64,000 bases of DNA, from positions 22,736 to 86,735 of the forward strand of contig JAGHYT010000002.1 of NCBI GenBank assembly GCA_017743535.1, written 5' to 3'. Both the position numbers and the translations under genes were made by a program. Positions within the stretch are counted from its first letter, which is position 1, and every line of letters begins with the position of its first letter. Below are positions 29,340-39,893 of the stretch, in pieces. This DNA comes from Chloroflexus sp. (GTDB lineage Bacteria > Chloroflexota > Chloroflexia > Chloroflexales > Chloroflexaceae). Below the pieces are notes generated by a model. That model ran no database searches. It worked only from the letters and a program-made list of their open reading frames with translations, and was not told where the DNA came from.

Positions 29340-30152
29340 ATGCGTATGCCTCACAACAATACTACTGCGGCGCCATCAGCATCGGTACGTCTGCGTCTGG
29401 TTGCTTTACCGGTTGAACACGGCGGCTGGGGGATGATAGGCGCACCGATACTGTTGGGATTGTGGTTAGCCCCATCACCGGCCGGGTTCTGGTTGAGTCT
29501 TGCTGCACTGGGTATCTTCCTTGTTCGTCAACCGCTCAAGCTCGTCGTGAGTGACTATCGGCAGGGCAAGCGTTACCTGAGAACGGCATGGGCAGAGCGA
29601 TTTTTGCTCGGCTACAGTGTGATTGCCCTTGTTGCGAGTGTGATGGCCTTCTGGCAAGCGATAGCTCCCTTCTGGCAACCAATTGTCCTGGCGATCCCTT
29701 TTGCCATCGGTCTATTGTATTACGATCTGCGAAAACAAAGCCGTAAGTTGGCTGCCGAAGTGTGTGGTTCGGTCGCAATGAGTGCTTTAGTGTCAGCTAT
29801 CGTCATGGCTGCCGGTTGGTCGCTATTGCCAGCACTCTTCATCTGGTTGCTGCTGGCAATGCAAACGGTTGCTGCAATCATTTACGTGCGCGTTCGGTTA
29901 CGACTGGCGCGCAACAAACCAGCTCAACGGACATTGCCACTTCTGCTCCATGGTGTGATGCTCGTTGTCGTGATCGGGTTTTTGCTGAGGGGTTGGGTAA
30001 GCTGGCTAGTTCCACTCGTTTTTGCTTTCTTGATGGTGCGGTGCTGGTTAGGACTGTTGCCGCATAGTCTTGCCACACCAACACCACTGGTTGGTGTGCA
30101 AGAGTTGGTCGTAAGCCTGGTGACGGTGACTGGGATCAGGTTTGGCGTGTGA
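29340..30152 (+). CDS. YwiC-like integral membrane protein
   Basis: LPVEHGGWG motif near the N-terminus; multiple TM segments. Confidence 0.75.
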   Translation: MRMPHNNTTAAPSASVRLRLVALPVEHGGWGMIGAPILLGLWLAPSPAGFWLSLAALGIFLVRQPLKLVVSDYRQGKRYLRTAWAERFLLGYSVIALVASVMAFWQAIAPFWQPIVLAIPFAIGLLYYDLRKQSRKLAAEVCGSVAMSALVSAIVMAAGWSLLPALFIWLLLAMQTVAAIIYVRVRLRLARNKPAQRTLPLLLHGVMLVVVIGFLLRGWVSWLVPLVFAFLMVRCWLGLLPHSLATPTPLVGVQELVVSLVTVTGIRFGV

Positions 30153-30291
30153 TAACAATCAGTTGTAGCGATGCTTCCCCTCCGCTGACTCTTCTGTAGT
30201 GATGATTAAAAGCACAAGACGCTGACAAGGAACCAACACAGGATACCGTCGGTTACTGGGGGATGTCGGTTTTATTTTTATAGGTATTTAG

Positions 30292-30327
30292 TTGACAAAC
30301 TTGATTTATTAGTGTATGCTAACCTCG
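30292..30327 (+). promoter_or_regulatory. Promoter of the iron ABC operon with a DtxR/IdeR-like box
   Basis: TTGACA, 17 bp, TATGCT. TTAGTGTATGCTAACCTCG (30309-27) matches TTAGGTTAGCCTAACCTAA at 13/19. Confidence 0.55.
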
Positions 30328-30360
30328 TCAATGAGGTTCTTATAAGTAGGGAGGAAACAC

Positions 30361-31479
30361 ATGCTCTCCATACGAAGGAAAACAGTCGGACTTACCTTTA
30401 TCGGTGTGATGCTTCTTTTGCTCTCTCTGGGAGCCTGTACAAACCAGAGCGCAACACAGACTGTCCGCGAGACTGTTGTTGTGACTCAAGAAGTTCCAGT
30501 TCGGGAAACGGTTGTTGTGCGCGAGACGGTTGAAGTTCCGGTGGAGGAGCCAATTGTCTACGTATACTCTGCCCGTCATTATGGTCAGATGGAAACGGCA
30601 TTTGCCGAATTTACGAAGGAAACAGGCATTGAAGTCCGATTTACGTTTGGTAGCGATGCAGAGCTACGTGAGCGTTTGAAGGCCGAGGGACGTTTCACCC
30701 CTGCTGATGTGCTATTCACTGTTGATGCGGCAAATCTCTGGCTGGCTGCGCAAGAGGGTCTCTTACGCCCGATTAATTCAGACGTGCTAGAGAGCAATAT
30801 CCCTGATTATTTGCAGGACCCGAGCAATCAATGGTATGCTCTCTCGCTACGAATACGAACGATTGCCTATCATCCTGATCGCGTGAACCCTGAAGAAATT
30901 TCCACCTATGAGTCGCTGGCAGATCCAAAATGGGCAGGGCGTATCTGCTGGCGTCCTTCTACCAAGTCGTATACCCAGTCGCTCGTGGCCAGCCTGATCG
31001 TCCACCATGGCTACGACAAGGCGAAGGAAATTGTGTCCGGTTGGGCAAAGAATGGCAAAGAGTACATTGACAGCGACACGAAAATTCTCGAGGCGATTGC
31101 GGCAGGAGAGTGTGACATAAGTGTGGTCAACCATTATTATCTCGCCCGTCTCCTCGATAAGGACGCTAACTTCCCGGTGAAGCTCCTTTGGGCTAATCAG
31201 GATGATCGGGGCGTGCATGTGAATGCAAGCGGCGCTGGGGTAACAACGTATGCTCGTCATCCAGAGAATGCGATTCGTTTGCTCGAGTGGTTAAGCACCG
31301 AGCGCGGTCAGCGGCTGTTTGCTGATAGTAATTTCGAGTATCCGGCTAACCCTGCTGTGACACCGCACGAACTTATCAAGAGCTGGGGTGAGTTCAAGCG
31401 TGACACTGTTCAGATAAGTGAGATCGGAAGTTTGCAGGCTGATGCAGTCAAACTTATGAACGAGGCTGGTTATCAGTAA
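30361..31479 (+). CDS. Fe(III) ABC transporter substrate-binding lipoprotein (FutA/FbpA-like)
   Basis: Lipobox SLGAC; VYSARHY, PADVLFTVDA, VVNHYY and HVNASG motifs. Confidence 0.9.
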   Translation: MLSIRRKTVGLTFIGVMLLLLSLGACTNQSATQTVRETVVVTQEVPVRETVVVRETVEVPVEEPIVYVYSARHYGQMETAFAEFTKETGIEVRFTFGSDAELRERLKAEGRFTPADVLFTVDAANLWLAAQEGLLRPINSDVLESNIPDYLQDPSNQWYALSLRIRTIAYHPDRVNPEEISTYESLADPKWAGRICWRPSTKSYTQSLVASLIVHHGYDKAKEIVSGWAKNGKEYIDSDTKILEAIAAGECDISVVNHYYLARLLDKDANFPVKLLWANQDDRGVHVNASGAGVTTYARHPENAIRLLEWLSTERGQRLFADSNFEYPANPAVTPHELIKSWGEFKRDTVQISEIGSLQADAVKLMNEAGYQ

Positions 31480-31587
31480 GTTGGTCAATATCCGGTAGAC
31501 GTTTCCTCGCGAATCAACGGGAGTGACGGTACGCCGGCTCTCCCGTTGACTCGCAGGTATAGTACAGTCGTAGGGGCATCATTCATT

Positions 31588-33261
31588 ATGTTGATCGGAC
31601 GAAAACAACTTGCTAAAAGCTGGTCTTTCCCTTCCATAGATCGTTGGAGTATCATCGCGTTATTGATTGCCGGTCTGGCACTTTTGCCTATCGCGATCAT
31701 CCTGCGGATGCTTCTGCTGCCGGCACCTGATGTATGGCAACATCTCTGGGCGACGCGGCTGAGAGAGTTTCTGACCAACACAGTGATCCTCCTCGTTGGC
31801 GTGGGGACTGGTACAGTGCTGTTGGGAACCGGTCTTGCCTGGTTGGTAACTGCGTACCGCTTTCCCGGTCAACGATTGTTTGACTGGGCTTTAATGTTGC
31901 CGATGGCGGTGCCTTCGTATGTGCTGGCGTTTGTTTTCATGGCAACATTCGACTATACTGGCCCAGTGCAAAAAGCGCTGCGTGACTGGTTCGGCAGTAG
32001 TGTGTGGTTTCCATCTATTCGATCGGGCGGCGGTGCCGTATTTGTGATGAGCCTGACTCTCTATCCATACGTTTACTTGCTCACTCGTGCGGCATTTCAT
32101 GAACATGCATTGGGAACGTTTGAGGTTGCGCGTACACTTGGCGCCACCCGTCTGCAAGCCTTTTTCCGGGTTGTCCTGCCGATGGCAAGACCATCGTTGG
32201 TTGCCGGGCTTTCACTAGTGTTGATGGAAGCGCTGACCGATGTGGGAACAGTGCGCTTTCTGAATTTCCCTACCTTGAGTGATGGTATTTTTCGGATCTG
32301 GCACGGCATGATGGATCGGGATGCGGCACTGCAATCAGCCGCAGTACTGCTGTTGTTTGCCTTCGCGGCGTTGCTTCTCGAACGTCTGACTCGTGGGCGT
32401 GCCCGATATGTTCAAGAGGGTTCACGCGGCCACGGTCTTGTGAAAGTTCCGTTAACAGGTTGGCGTGCTCTGATGGCAACGCTGCTATGCTTCTTCGTGT
32501 TGGCAACTGCATTCTTGCTCCCTATTTCGCAGTTAATACTGTGGAGCGTTTACGAGTTGCAGCAGCGAATGCCCGAAGGTTTGCTGGCCGTTTACTGGCG
32601 GCATGCACGCGCTACGCTCATGTTGGCTGGAACCGGCGCCGCTATCTCCGTGTTAGCGGCAGTGTTGTTGGCATACGGTGTCCACCTGAGCCGCTCTCCA
32701 ATCACCCGCCTGGCTGCACGTGGTGCAATGCTTGGTTATGCTATTCCTGGTGCAGTAATCGGGTTGGGCGTTCTTATCCCCCTGGCCTGGCTAGACCACA
32801 CGTTGAACGATCTTACGTATCAATGGTGGGGAGTTCTCCCAGGATTAATTTTTACAGGCTCGATAACCGGTCTCATCTATGCGTATGTCGTTCGCTTTAT
32901 GGCCGTCGCTTATTCTAGCGTCGAGGCCAGTCTAGAGAAAGTCTCACCCAGTATTGAAGCAGCGGCACGCACGTTGGGCGCTAGTCCGGTGCGCGTATTG
33001 TTTCGCATTCATCTGCCCCTTATCCGGACAGGTATGTTGACCGGTGCGGTACTCGTCTTTGTTGATGTAATGAAGGAACTTCCCATCACCCTGCTGCTGC
33101 GGCCTTTTGGATACGATACACTGGCTCTTTGGATATGGCAGAATGTCGCTGAGTCTTTGTGGGGCGAAGCGGCTTTACCGGCGTTAACGATTGTTGTTAC
33201 AGACTTGCTGGTGGTGGGAATTCTTATTCGGTCGGCAACCCTGCGCTTCAGGGCACACTAG
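31588..33261 (+). CDS. Fe(III) ABC transporter permease (FbpB-like)
   Basis: Two EAA-type motifs (EVARTLGA, EAAARTLGA). Start uncertain (31546 or 31588). Confidence 0.9.
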   Translation: MLIGRKQLAKSWSFPSIDRWSIIALLIAGLALLPIAIILRMLLLPAPDVWQHLWATRLREFLTNTVILLVGVGTGTVLLGTGLAWLVTAYRFPGQRLFDWALMLPMAVPSYVLAFVFMATFDYTGPVQKALRDWFGSSVWFPSIRSGGGAVFVMSLTLYPYVYLLTRAAFHEHALGTFEVARTLGATRLQAFFRVVLPMARPSLVAGLSLVLMEALTDVGTVRFLNFPTLSDGIFRIWHGMMDRDAALQSAAVLLLFAFAALLLERLTRGRARYVQEGSRGHGLVKVPLTGWRALMATLLCFFVLATAFLLPISQLILWSVYELQQRMPEGLLAVYWRHARATLMLAGTGAAISVLAAVLLAYGVHLSRSPITRLAARGAMLGYAIPGAVIGLGVLIPLAWLDHTLNDLTYQWWGVLPGLIFTGSITGLIYAYVVRFMAVAYSSVEASLEKVSPSIEAAARTLGASPVRVLFRIHLPLIRTGMLTGAVLVFVDVMKELPITLLLRPFGYDTLALWIWQNVAESLWGEAALPALTIVVTDLLVVGILIRSATLRFRAH

Positions 33262-33286
33262 AGATTTGGCTAGAGGAGATATTCCG

Positions 33287-34390
33287 ATGCTTTGTAGCAC
33301 CGAACCCGGACTTCAATTACACCATGTCACCCGCCGGTATGGCAGCATTGTAGCGGTGAACGACATCTCTTTAGAGGTGTCACAGGGTGAATTCCTTGTC
33401 ATTGTCGGGCCGAGTGGTTGTGGCAAGACGACGCTGCTTCGTCTGGTTGCGGGTTTAGACGTGCAAGACGAAGGAAGCATTACGATACAGAACCGGATTG
33501 TAAGTGGGAACGGCGTCTTCGTGCCACCAGAAAAACGTCGCGTGGGACTGGTATTCCAGGATTATGCACTCTTCCCACACATGACGATTGCCAAAAATGT
33601 AGCTTTTGGCCTTCACCGCTGGTCTAAAGCAGATGTCAGACAGCGTGTGTACGAAATGCTTGATATGGTACAACTTACCCATCTGGCAGACCGCTACCCT
33701 CATGAGTTGTCTGGTGGTGAACGACAGCGGGTGGCTTTGGCCCGTGCGCTGGCACCGCGACCCGATATCCTGCTGCTCGATGAGCCTTTTTCAAACCTGG
33801 ATGCCGGGTTACGCACAACAATGCGCGAACATATCCAGCGTCTGCTGAAAGGCATCAACATTACGACCTTCTTCGTTACCCACGATCAGGAAGAGGCTCT
33901 CCTGCTGGGCGACCGAGTGGCTGTTATGAACCAGGGTCAGATCGAGCAGGTAGGTACACCTGAGCAAGTTTTTCACCAGCCTGCGACCTACTTCGTTGCC
34001 GAGTTTTTCGGCTACACGGCATTTATCTCAGGTCACGTAACCTCGGCTGGGTTGGAAACCGAGCTTGGTTTTTTATCGCAACGTCTCTCGCTTGCTCCGG
34101 GTTCTGAAGTGAATATCCTGGTTCGTCCCGATGATCTGTCGGTGTATCCAGACGAGGAAGGTACGGCGTATATCGTTCGTGCTGGTTTTCAAGGAATGCA
34201 CTGCATGTATCAGATCGCTTTGCCGTCAGGCCATACTGTCTATAGCCTGATGCCACATACGTCTGTCTATGCGCCAGGTACGCGAGTACGAGTTGAGTTG
34301 CAGCCAGGTCACGATCTGGTTTGTTTTACGAACAATCGTACTATTTCCGCGCAGGCTTCCAGAGTAGCTGATCATCATTTTGCTTATTGA
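33287..34390 (+). CDS. Fe(III) ABC transporter ATP-binding protein (FbpC-like)
   Basis: GPSGCGKT, LSGGERQR and LLLDEPF motifs; TOBE-like C-terminus; RBS GAGGAG. Confidence 0.92.
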   Translation: MLCSTEPGLQLHHVTRRYGSIVAVNDISLEVSQGEFLVIVGPSGCGKTTLLRLVAGLDVQDEGSITIQNRIVSGNGVFVPPEKRRVGLVFQDYALFPHMTIAKNVAFGLHRWSKADVRQRVYEMLDMVQLTHLADRYPHELSGGERQRVALARALAPRPDILLLDEPFSNLDAGLRTTMREHIQRLLKGINITTFFVTHDQEEALLLGDRVAVMNQGQIEQVGTPEQVFHQPATYFVAEFFGYTAFISGHVTSAGLETELGFLSQRLSLAPGSEVNILVRPDDLSVYPDEEGTAYIVRAGFQGMHCMYQIALPSGHTVYSLMPHTSVYAPGTRVRVELQPGHDLVCFTNNRTISAQASRVADHHFAY

Positions 34391-34790
34391 CCAAAAGCAG
34401 TAAGGTGGGTCTTTTCACAAGTTATAGCCATTAGTCATTGTTCATTTCATGCTCATTTCTCTATTGTGTGGCCGACTGCTATGTGTAGTTTGTTGGCCGA
34501 ATGGCTTATATTTTCACAAAAGCAGGAATGCTTACGGAAGTGTGGCTTATAATTGCAGAAACCTATGGTAGTTTGATCAATAATATCAAGGATTACCGCT
34601 AGAGCGTACAGTTCGCGGTGGAACAACGATCATCTCCCAAGAGTGTGTTTATGTGTTGGTGAGTCATGTGCATTTGCTCCTATTTTCGTTGTTGAACTCA
34701 GCCAAATCGTTTATCCAGACATACACGGTCAACGAACATAGCGAATTACACAAATTTTTTTGCTCCGAATCGTATCGCAAGGAGGAAGTC

Positions 34791-35198
34791 ATGTGTCGCA
34801 AATTAACAATTCTGGCTCGCGATAGCGCCAACCGCATCATCGCTCAGTGCGAGCATGGAACAATCCATCTCTATTGGGCACGGGCGGCGCTCTTTCTGCA
34901 TCCAGCCGAGCTGCTCCCTCTGCTCGCGCTGATTCAGTGTTGGAAGCCAGACTTCGACGAGGCGCGGAGTGAACCATTCCTCATAATCCGGCAGCTTGAT
35001 GGCTCTTTGCAGCTCTGGTACCGCGAGATTGGTGTGCATTTGAGCCAAAGTGATCTGTACGATCTAGCTGCTCTACTCTGGCACGCTGCGGCCCGTCTGA
35101 AGCTGTTTGGTCCTGAACCGTTAACGCCACCGAGTCATCCGCTAGAAGCGAGCCGTCCGGTGAATTGTGTTTTACCACGCCCTGAATGGCGGAATTGA
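34791..35198 (+). CDS. Hypothetical protein (135 aa)
   Basis: Strong RBS AAGGAGG before the ATG at 34791; CEHGTIHL motif. Confidence 0.7.
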   Translation: MCRKLTILARDSANRIIAQCEHGTIHLYWARAALFLHPAELLPLLALIQCWKPDFDEARSEPFLIIRQLDGSLQLWYREIGVHLSQSDLYDLAALLWHAAARLKLFGPEPLTPPSHPLEASRPVNCVLPRPEWRN

Positions 35199-35443
35199 GG
35201 TCTTCGTTGGCGGAATGAAGAGATGATGAGGATGTCTATGTGGTGTTTTTCCTGCTCTTCCACTTTGTGGGCGAAGAAGGTTGGGTAAAGATGATCGCCA
35301 CCTAAGGCTGTGGGCAGTACACGCCAAGGCGTATAGTCAGGCAACAGCTCAGCAAGATTCCACTTTGCTTACATCGGCACGAAAGCCAGAGATGCGCAAT
35401 GACGGCGAAAAGGAACGTCTTTCAGGTGCTCTTAACCCTGCGC

Positions 35444-36016
35444 TTAGTCATGGTACATCGTCTTCCCACTGCGGTCTTTTGGATCGGGTGGTAGTCCTAA
35501 ATATCGCTGACGTAAATCATCCCACAATGCCAGTCGTGACCAGTCAGGCTCCTTGCGGAACTTCATGTCGTCGGTGAGAAATGGATTGGGGAAGAAGATA
35601 TAAATCTGGTTCTCACCCTTACCATTGAATAGCCGTAATCCCCAACTGCCTACCGTTCCATCAGGGTTTAGCCGACGGTAAAATTCAGCTCGTCCTGTTC
35701 GCCGATGGCGGGCAAGTTCCGGATCGACAGGTTTCTGCTTGCTGCCTTTATGCTCACCGATGCACAGATGAAAGTGCCAGACTCCGAAATCAACGGTCAG
35801 GTACCCATCGAGCATACCAATTCGCTGTGGTGGCTGAGTAACTTTGATCTCGAATACTGAACCCTGAATAAGTGGACCAAAATGTATCTTGTCCCAATGA
35901 TCACGAAACAGTTCGGTCATCAGCGTGGTAAGTACTGACTCTTCTGGTTCGAGTGGAAAGATTTCGAGTGTCCCATTCCCTGGTTCTTCAACGATATAAG
36001 AGGATGGTGTTGTCAT
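35444..36016 (-). CDS. Hypothetical protein, possible ChuX/HemS-like fold
   Basis: RBS CAGGAGG. WHFHLCIG and SWGLRLFNGKGENQIYIFF segments; last gene of the B12 operon. Confidence 0.7.
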   Translation of the reverse strand: MTTPSSYIVEEPGNGTLEIFPLEPEESVLTTLMTELFRDHWDKIHFGPLIQGSVFEIKVTQPPQRIGMLDGYLTVDFGVWHFHLCIGEHKGSKQKPVDPELARHRRTGRAEFYRRLNPDGTVGSWGLRLFNGKGENQIYIFFPNPFLTDDMKFRKEPDWSRLALWDDLRQRYLGLPPDPKDRSGKTMYHD

Positions 36017-36032
36017 AAAAAATAACCTCCTG

Positions 36033-37064
36033 TCAGTTGCCACTCGGCGACATTTCGCGTACCAGTGTCACGAGATCGTGAAGTGAATACACACATCGTT
36101 CGGGATGTCCTTTCGCCTGGATATGCCAGCAAGGTTGTTGTTCAGTGCCACTAATGGTAATACGTAGCGCTGTCGGATTATCTGTTGAACTAGTCAGATA
36201 TCCGATTCGTTCAAGCGCATGAGATGTCCATTTGCGAATAAGACCTTCACCAAGAAGTGTTGCCCGATGCACTGGAGAATAGTGAAAGCGAAATTGGCCG
36301 TGATAGCGATCAAAGGTAATCTCGCAATTGGCGAAAGCCTTTTCAAATGCTCCGCTCAACACAAGATCTTCTGGTGCACCGGAATATACCGTACCATCAG
36401 TTGTCATCAACCATACTATATCGGCACTACGTAAAGCGAGATCAAGATCGTGGGTTGAAAGAATGACGGCTCGTTGCGTGTCGTGGGCCAGTCTGCGTAG
36501 GAGTTGCATCATCGCTACCCGGTGTGGCAGATCGAGGAAAGCGGTTGGTTCATCGAGCACCATAACCTGCGGCTCTTGAGCCAGGGCACGTGCTACCATG
36601 ACTCGTTGCCGTTCACCGTCACTCAATTCGTGGATATAGCGTCCAGCGAGGTGTTCTGCCTGAGTCGCTGCAATTGCCGTTTGCACGATTGCTTCATCGT
36701 GAGGTGTTAATCGCCCAAACCAATTCGTGTATGGATAGCGCCCAAGGGCAACTAGGTTGTACACCGAAAGCTGACCAACCTCAATGCGTTCGGTGAGAAC
36801 AACACTAATTCGGCGAGCAATCTCACGCGGTTTGAGCGTCGCCAGATCAGTCTTATCAAGGAACACTCGTCCGGCTAATGGCGGTTGCATACCGATCAGG
36901 GTTCGTAGGAGGGTTGATTTACCGACGCCGTTTGGTCCCATTAAGCAAACAACTTCACCGCTACGAAGCGTTAAATTGAGGTGATCGGCAATGATACGCC
37001 GTACCCCGCCTCTGCCAGAGTAACCAATGCGCAAGTTCTCAGTGGTTAAAACTGGTTCGTTCAT
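36033..37064 (-). CDS. Cobalamin/siderophore-type ABC transporter ATP-binding protein (BtuD/FecE-like)
   Basis: GPNGVGKST, LSDGERQR and LDEPTAFLD motifs. Confidence 0.9.
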   Translation of the reverse strand: MNEPVLTTENLRIGYSGRGGVRRIIADHLNLTLRSGEVVCLMGPNGVGKSTLLRTLIGMQPPLAGRVFLDKTDLATLKPREIARRISVVLTERIEVGQLSVYNLVALGRYPYTNWFGRLTPHDEAIVQTAIAATQAEHLAGRYIHELSDGERQRVMVARALAQEPQVMVLDEPTAFLDLPHRVAMMQLLRRLAHDTQRAVILSTHDLDLALRSADIVWLMTTDGTVYSGAPEDLVLSGAFEKAFANCEITFDRYHGQFRFHYSPVHRATLLGEGLIRKWTSHALERIGYLTSSTDNPTALRITISGTEQQPCWHIQAKGHPERCVYSLHDLVTLVREMSPSGN

Positions 37065-38143
37065 AAGCTAAAGGTTCCCCGATACCGCTGGAGGATAACC
37101 CAGATGACAATAGGCGCCCCAACGAGCGATGTAATGGCATTTAAGGGGAGGACAATACTAAACCCTGGTGCTTGAGCTATCAGATCGCCGACAAGGGCTG
37201 TCGTTGCTCCAACCCATATACATGCCGGGATCAGCACATTATGATCTGACGTTCGCAGCAGTGCTCGACAGAGGTGAGGCACCGCAACCCCAAGAAAAGC
37301 TATTGGACCACAAAAGGCGGTTACTGCTCCAGCAAGTACGGCACTGCTCAGGACAATCCCACTTCTAGTCATTTGGATGTTCATACCCATACTGCGTGCG
37401 TATGTCTCACCGAGCAGTAACGCATTAAGAGCTTTGGTCAGAAGGAAAGCCAAGAACAACCCAATACCGATGGTTGGCCCTAGAACCCACAGTTGACTCC
37501 AGGTTACACCACCGAAATTGCCAAAGCTCCAGGCAATGTATGCATGAATGCGCTCGGCAATACTAAAGTACAACAGCAGACTTACCACAGCACTGGTAAC
37601 ATAACTGATCATAAGCCCTAAGATAAGAAGAGTAATGCTGCTCCGCACTTGTTGAGCTATAAAGATAACAAGAATCATCACGATACCGGCACCGAAACTG
37701 GCGGCGACTACCAGGCTAATATTACTCAACAGTCCGGTAACAGCCAACAAACTTGTGTTGGCAGTACCAACGCTTAACACAACGATGGCAACCCCAAGGC
37801 TGGCCCCTGAACTGATGCCAAGAATAAATGGATCGGCTAGCGGGTTGCGGAAGAGGGTTTGCATTTGTAGGCCGCTCACGCCGAGTGCGGCTCCGGCTAG
37901 CGCCGCGGTGAGTGCTTTAGGTATGCGAAAGTCGTATATGATCGTTACCCACGTCGCTCGTTCAGCTTCCTTGTGGAAGAGGATTGTTAGAACCTGTTCC
38001 AATGGAATGGGTACTGATCCTGCACTGAGGCTTAATAAGAAACTCACTAGAGTAATACCAGACATGACGATGAGGATAACCATCTGTAGGTGTTGGTGTA
38101 AATGTACAGATGATTTGTTTGTGGTAGCGAATATTTTCCCCAT
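37061..38143 (-). CDS. FecCD/BtuC-family ABC permease
   Basis: QTLFRNPLADPFILGISSGA and GPIAFLGVAVPH motifs. Confidence 0.92.
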   Translation of the reverse strand: MGKIFATTNKSSVHLHQHLQMVILIVMSGITLVSFLLSLSAGSVPIPLEQVLTILFHKEAERATWVTIIYDFRIPKALTAALAGAALGVSGLQMQTLFRNPLADPFILGISSGASLGVAIVVLSVGTANTSLLAVTGLLSNISLVVAASFGAGIVMILVIFIAQQVRSSITLLILGLMISYVTSAVVSLLLYFSIAERIHAYIAWSFGNFGGVTWSQLWVLGPTIGIGLFLAFLLTKALNALLLGETYARSMGMNIQMTRSGIVLSSAVLAGAVTAFCGPIAFLGVAVPHLCRALLRTSDHNVLIPACIWVGATTALVGDLIAQAPGFSIVLPLNAITSLVGAPIVIWVILQRYRGTFSL

Positions 38144-38165
38144 ACGATTTTCGTACTGATTGAAG

Positions 38166-38492
38166 TTATCGTTTTAACCGATGAAAAATATATTCTTCCA
38201 CAGGGCTATTATGTATCAGATGTTCATGAATAATTCGTCTAATTACTACTTGGTCAACGTGGTGGTACCAGATGCCTTCAGGGTATACCACGACAATAGG
38301 ACCGGCGGAGCAGACACCAAGACACGGCGTCGTGCCCCGCTTGACTCTGTTCGGATTCTGGTAATCCCCTAACGGCCCAAGCAGGTGGGCTAATTGTGAG
38401 TACAATTGTGCTGCTTTGCCGTCTGGATCGCAATAGTGTCCAGTACAGATAAAGATATGGCGAGAATATGGGTTCATATGGGGTTTAGTCAT
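38166..38492 (-). CDS. Thioredoxin-like [2Fe-2S] ferredoxin
   Basis: [10 protein letters not shown]...[20 protein letters not shown] pattern. Confidence 0.88.
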   Translation of the reverse strand: MTKPHMNPYSRHIFICTGHYCDPDGKAAQLYSQLAHLLGPLGDYQNPNRVKRGTTPCLGVCSAGPIVVVYPEGIWYHHVDQVVIRRIIHEHLIHNSPVEEYIFHRLKR

Positions 38493-38500
38493 ACCGTCCT

Positions 38501-39823
38501 CTATGGTGCAAGCTGTTGGTAAAAGAAGAGTTCGTGATCAGGTAGTAATTCTGGGTGCAATATCTTGATCAAGTCGGCCAGAATGAGATGAGGGTTAGTA
38601 ACACCGGTTTCCCAATAATCATTGCCGCCGTTCTCGTTCAATCGCTTGTTGTTGTTGAAGACGTTGCCTTTCTGAAAGGCGGTAAACTGCGAAAAGCGTT
38701 CGTCTATTTGCTGCAATTCGCTCAAACTCTTCGCACTACCAGGGTTCAGCCAGAAATCGGCATTCTGGGCGCGTTCAAAAACCTCTTCAAAGCTCAGTGG
38801 TTGACTTCCGCTCGATGTATCGTCAGCCCAGAGGTAGGTTGCACCGGCATCGGCTAGAAGTTGGGCCACATAGCTTTTACCACCGGGCATATACCATGTT
38901 CCCCGAAACGGAGCATTAGCAAGGACAGTAGGTTTGTTGGCTACTTCGCGGGCTTTAGCGGCTATCTCCCGATAGCGGTTAGCGATAGCGGCGTAGGCTT
39001 TATTGGCTGCCATTTCCTGGTTGAAGAATGCTGCGGTGAATTTAATCCATTCAGCGCGACCGAGCGGTGTGCTTTCCATGTATTCGCTGTTCAAGACAAC
39101 CTTTAGACCAGCCTCGAGTAACTTAGGATGGGCGTCGAACTCAGGATTACCAACCCCATACGTCATGATCAGATCGGGATTGAGATCGAGAGCTTGTTCA
39201 ACATTCACCTGGCCTCCACTCCCGATTTCCACCAGCTCTCCGGCAGCGATCTTCTGACGCACGGTCTCGTTGTTGATGTACAGGAAGCTATCGACACCGA
39301 CTAACCTATCAAGCAGGCCAAGTTCGTCGAGATGGGGCAGTTGTGTGGTTGACATTGCCACCACACGCTGTACCGGAATTTCGATCAGTAGCGTATTATC
39401 TTTTAGATCAGGTGGCGGAGTGCCGCACTGAAGCAGGACATACCGGAATTGAACATCAGCGTCGCGCCACGGATTGAGCACAGTGATGATCTTGTAATGG
39501 TTGAAATACTCAATCTTCCAACCAGTTGCCTCTTCCAGAGTAACTTTCTCTGGGAAGTAATCGACTTCCGGATCGAACTCAGTAACACACTCATCGGTAA
39601 GGTTGGTAAGCGGTGGTGTGAGCATGTCTGGAGTAGCCGTAGGTACAGCAGTCGGGATTGGTGTACCTATAGCTCCTAATGCCGTTGTTGGAACAGCGGT
39701 TGGCACAGGTCTGGTCGCAGTCTGATTTCCACACCCAATAAAGAAGATGACGAAGAAAAACGAAAGCATGTAATGTGCTAAACGATACATAGTTTTCCTC
39801 CAAAAATGCAAAAAATAATGCAA
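38501..39823 (-). CDS. Cobalamin-type ABC substrate-binding lipoprotein (BtuF-like)
   Basis: Lipobox FFIGC, P/T-rich linker, [10 protein letters not shown] motif, downstream of a B12 riboswitch. Start may be 39790. Confidence 0.85.
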   Translation of the reverse strand: MHYFLHFWRKTMYRLAHYMLSFFFVIFFIGCGNQTATRPVPTAVPTTALGAIGTPIPTAVPTATPDMLTPPLTNLTDECVTEFDPEVDYFPEKVTLEEATGWKIEYFNHYKIITVLNPWRDADVQFRYVLLQCGTPPPDLKDNTLLIEIPVQRVVAMSTTQLPHLDELGLLDRLVGVDSFLYINNETVRQKIAAGELVEIGSGGQVNVEQALDLNPDLIMTYGVGNPEFDAHPKLLEAGLKVVLNSEYMESTPLGRAEWIKFTAAFFNQEMAANKAYAAIANRYREIAAKAREVANKPTVLANAPFRGTWYMPGGKSYVAQLLADAGATYLWADDTSSGSQPLSFEEVFERAQNADFWLNPGSAKSLSELQQIDERFSQFTAFQKGNVFNNNKRLNENGGNDYWETGVTNPHLILADLIKILHPELLPDHELFFYQQLAP

Positions 39824-39893
39824 GAGATCCTTCGCCGCTAGCAGAAAATGCTATCGGGTACTGGGAACGAGCGATCTGCTCAACGAATAGTCA

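Noticed and set aside
34573-34589. FNR/CRP box TTGAT...ATCAA
   Set aside because: The spacer is 7 bp instead of the required 4.
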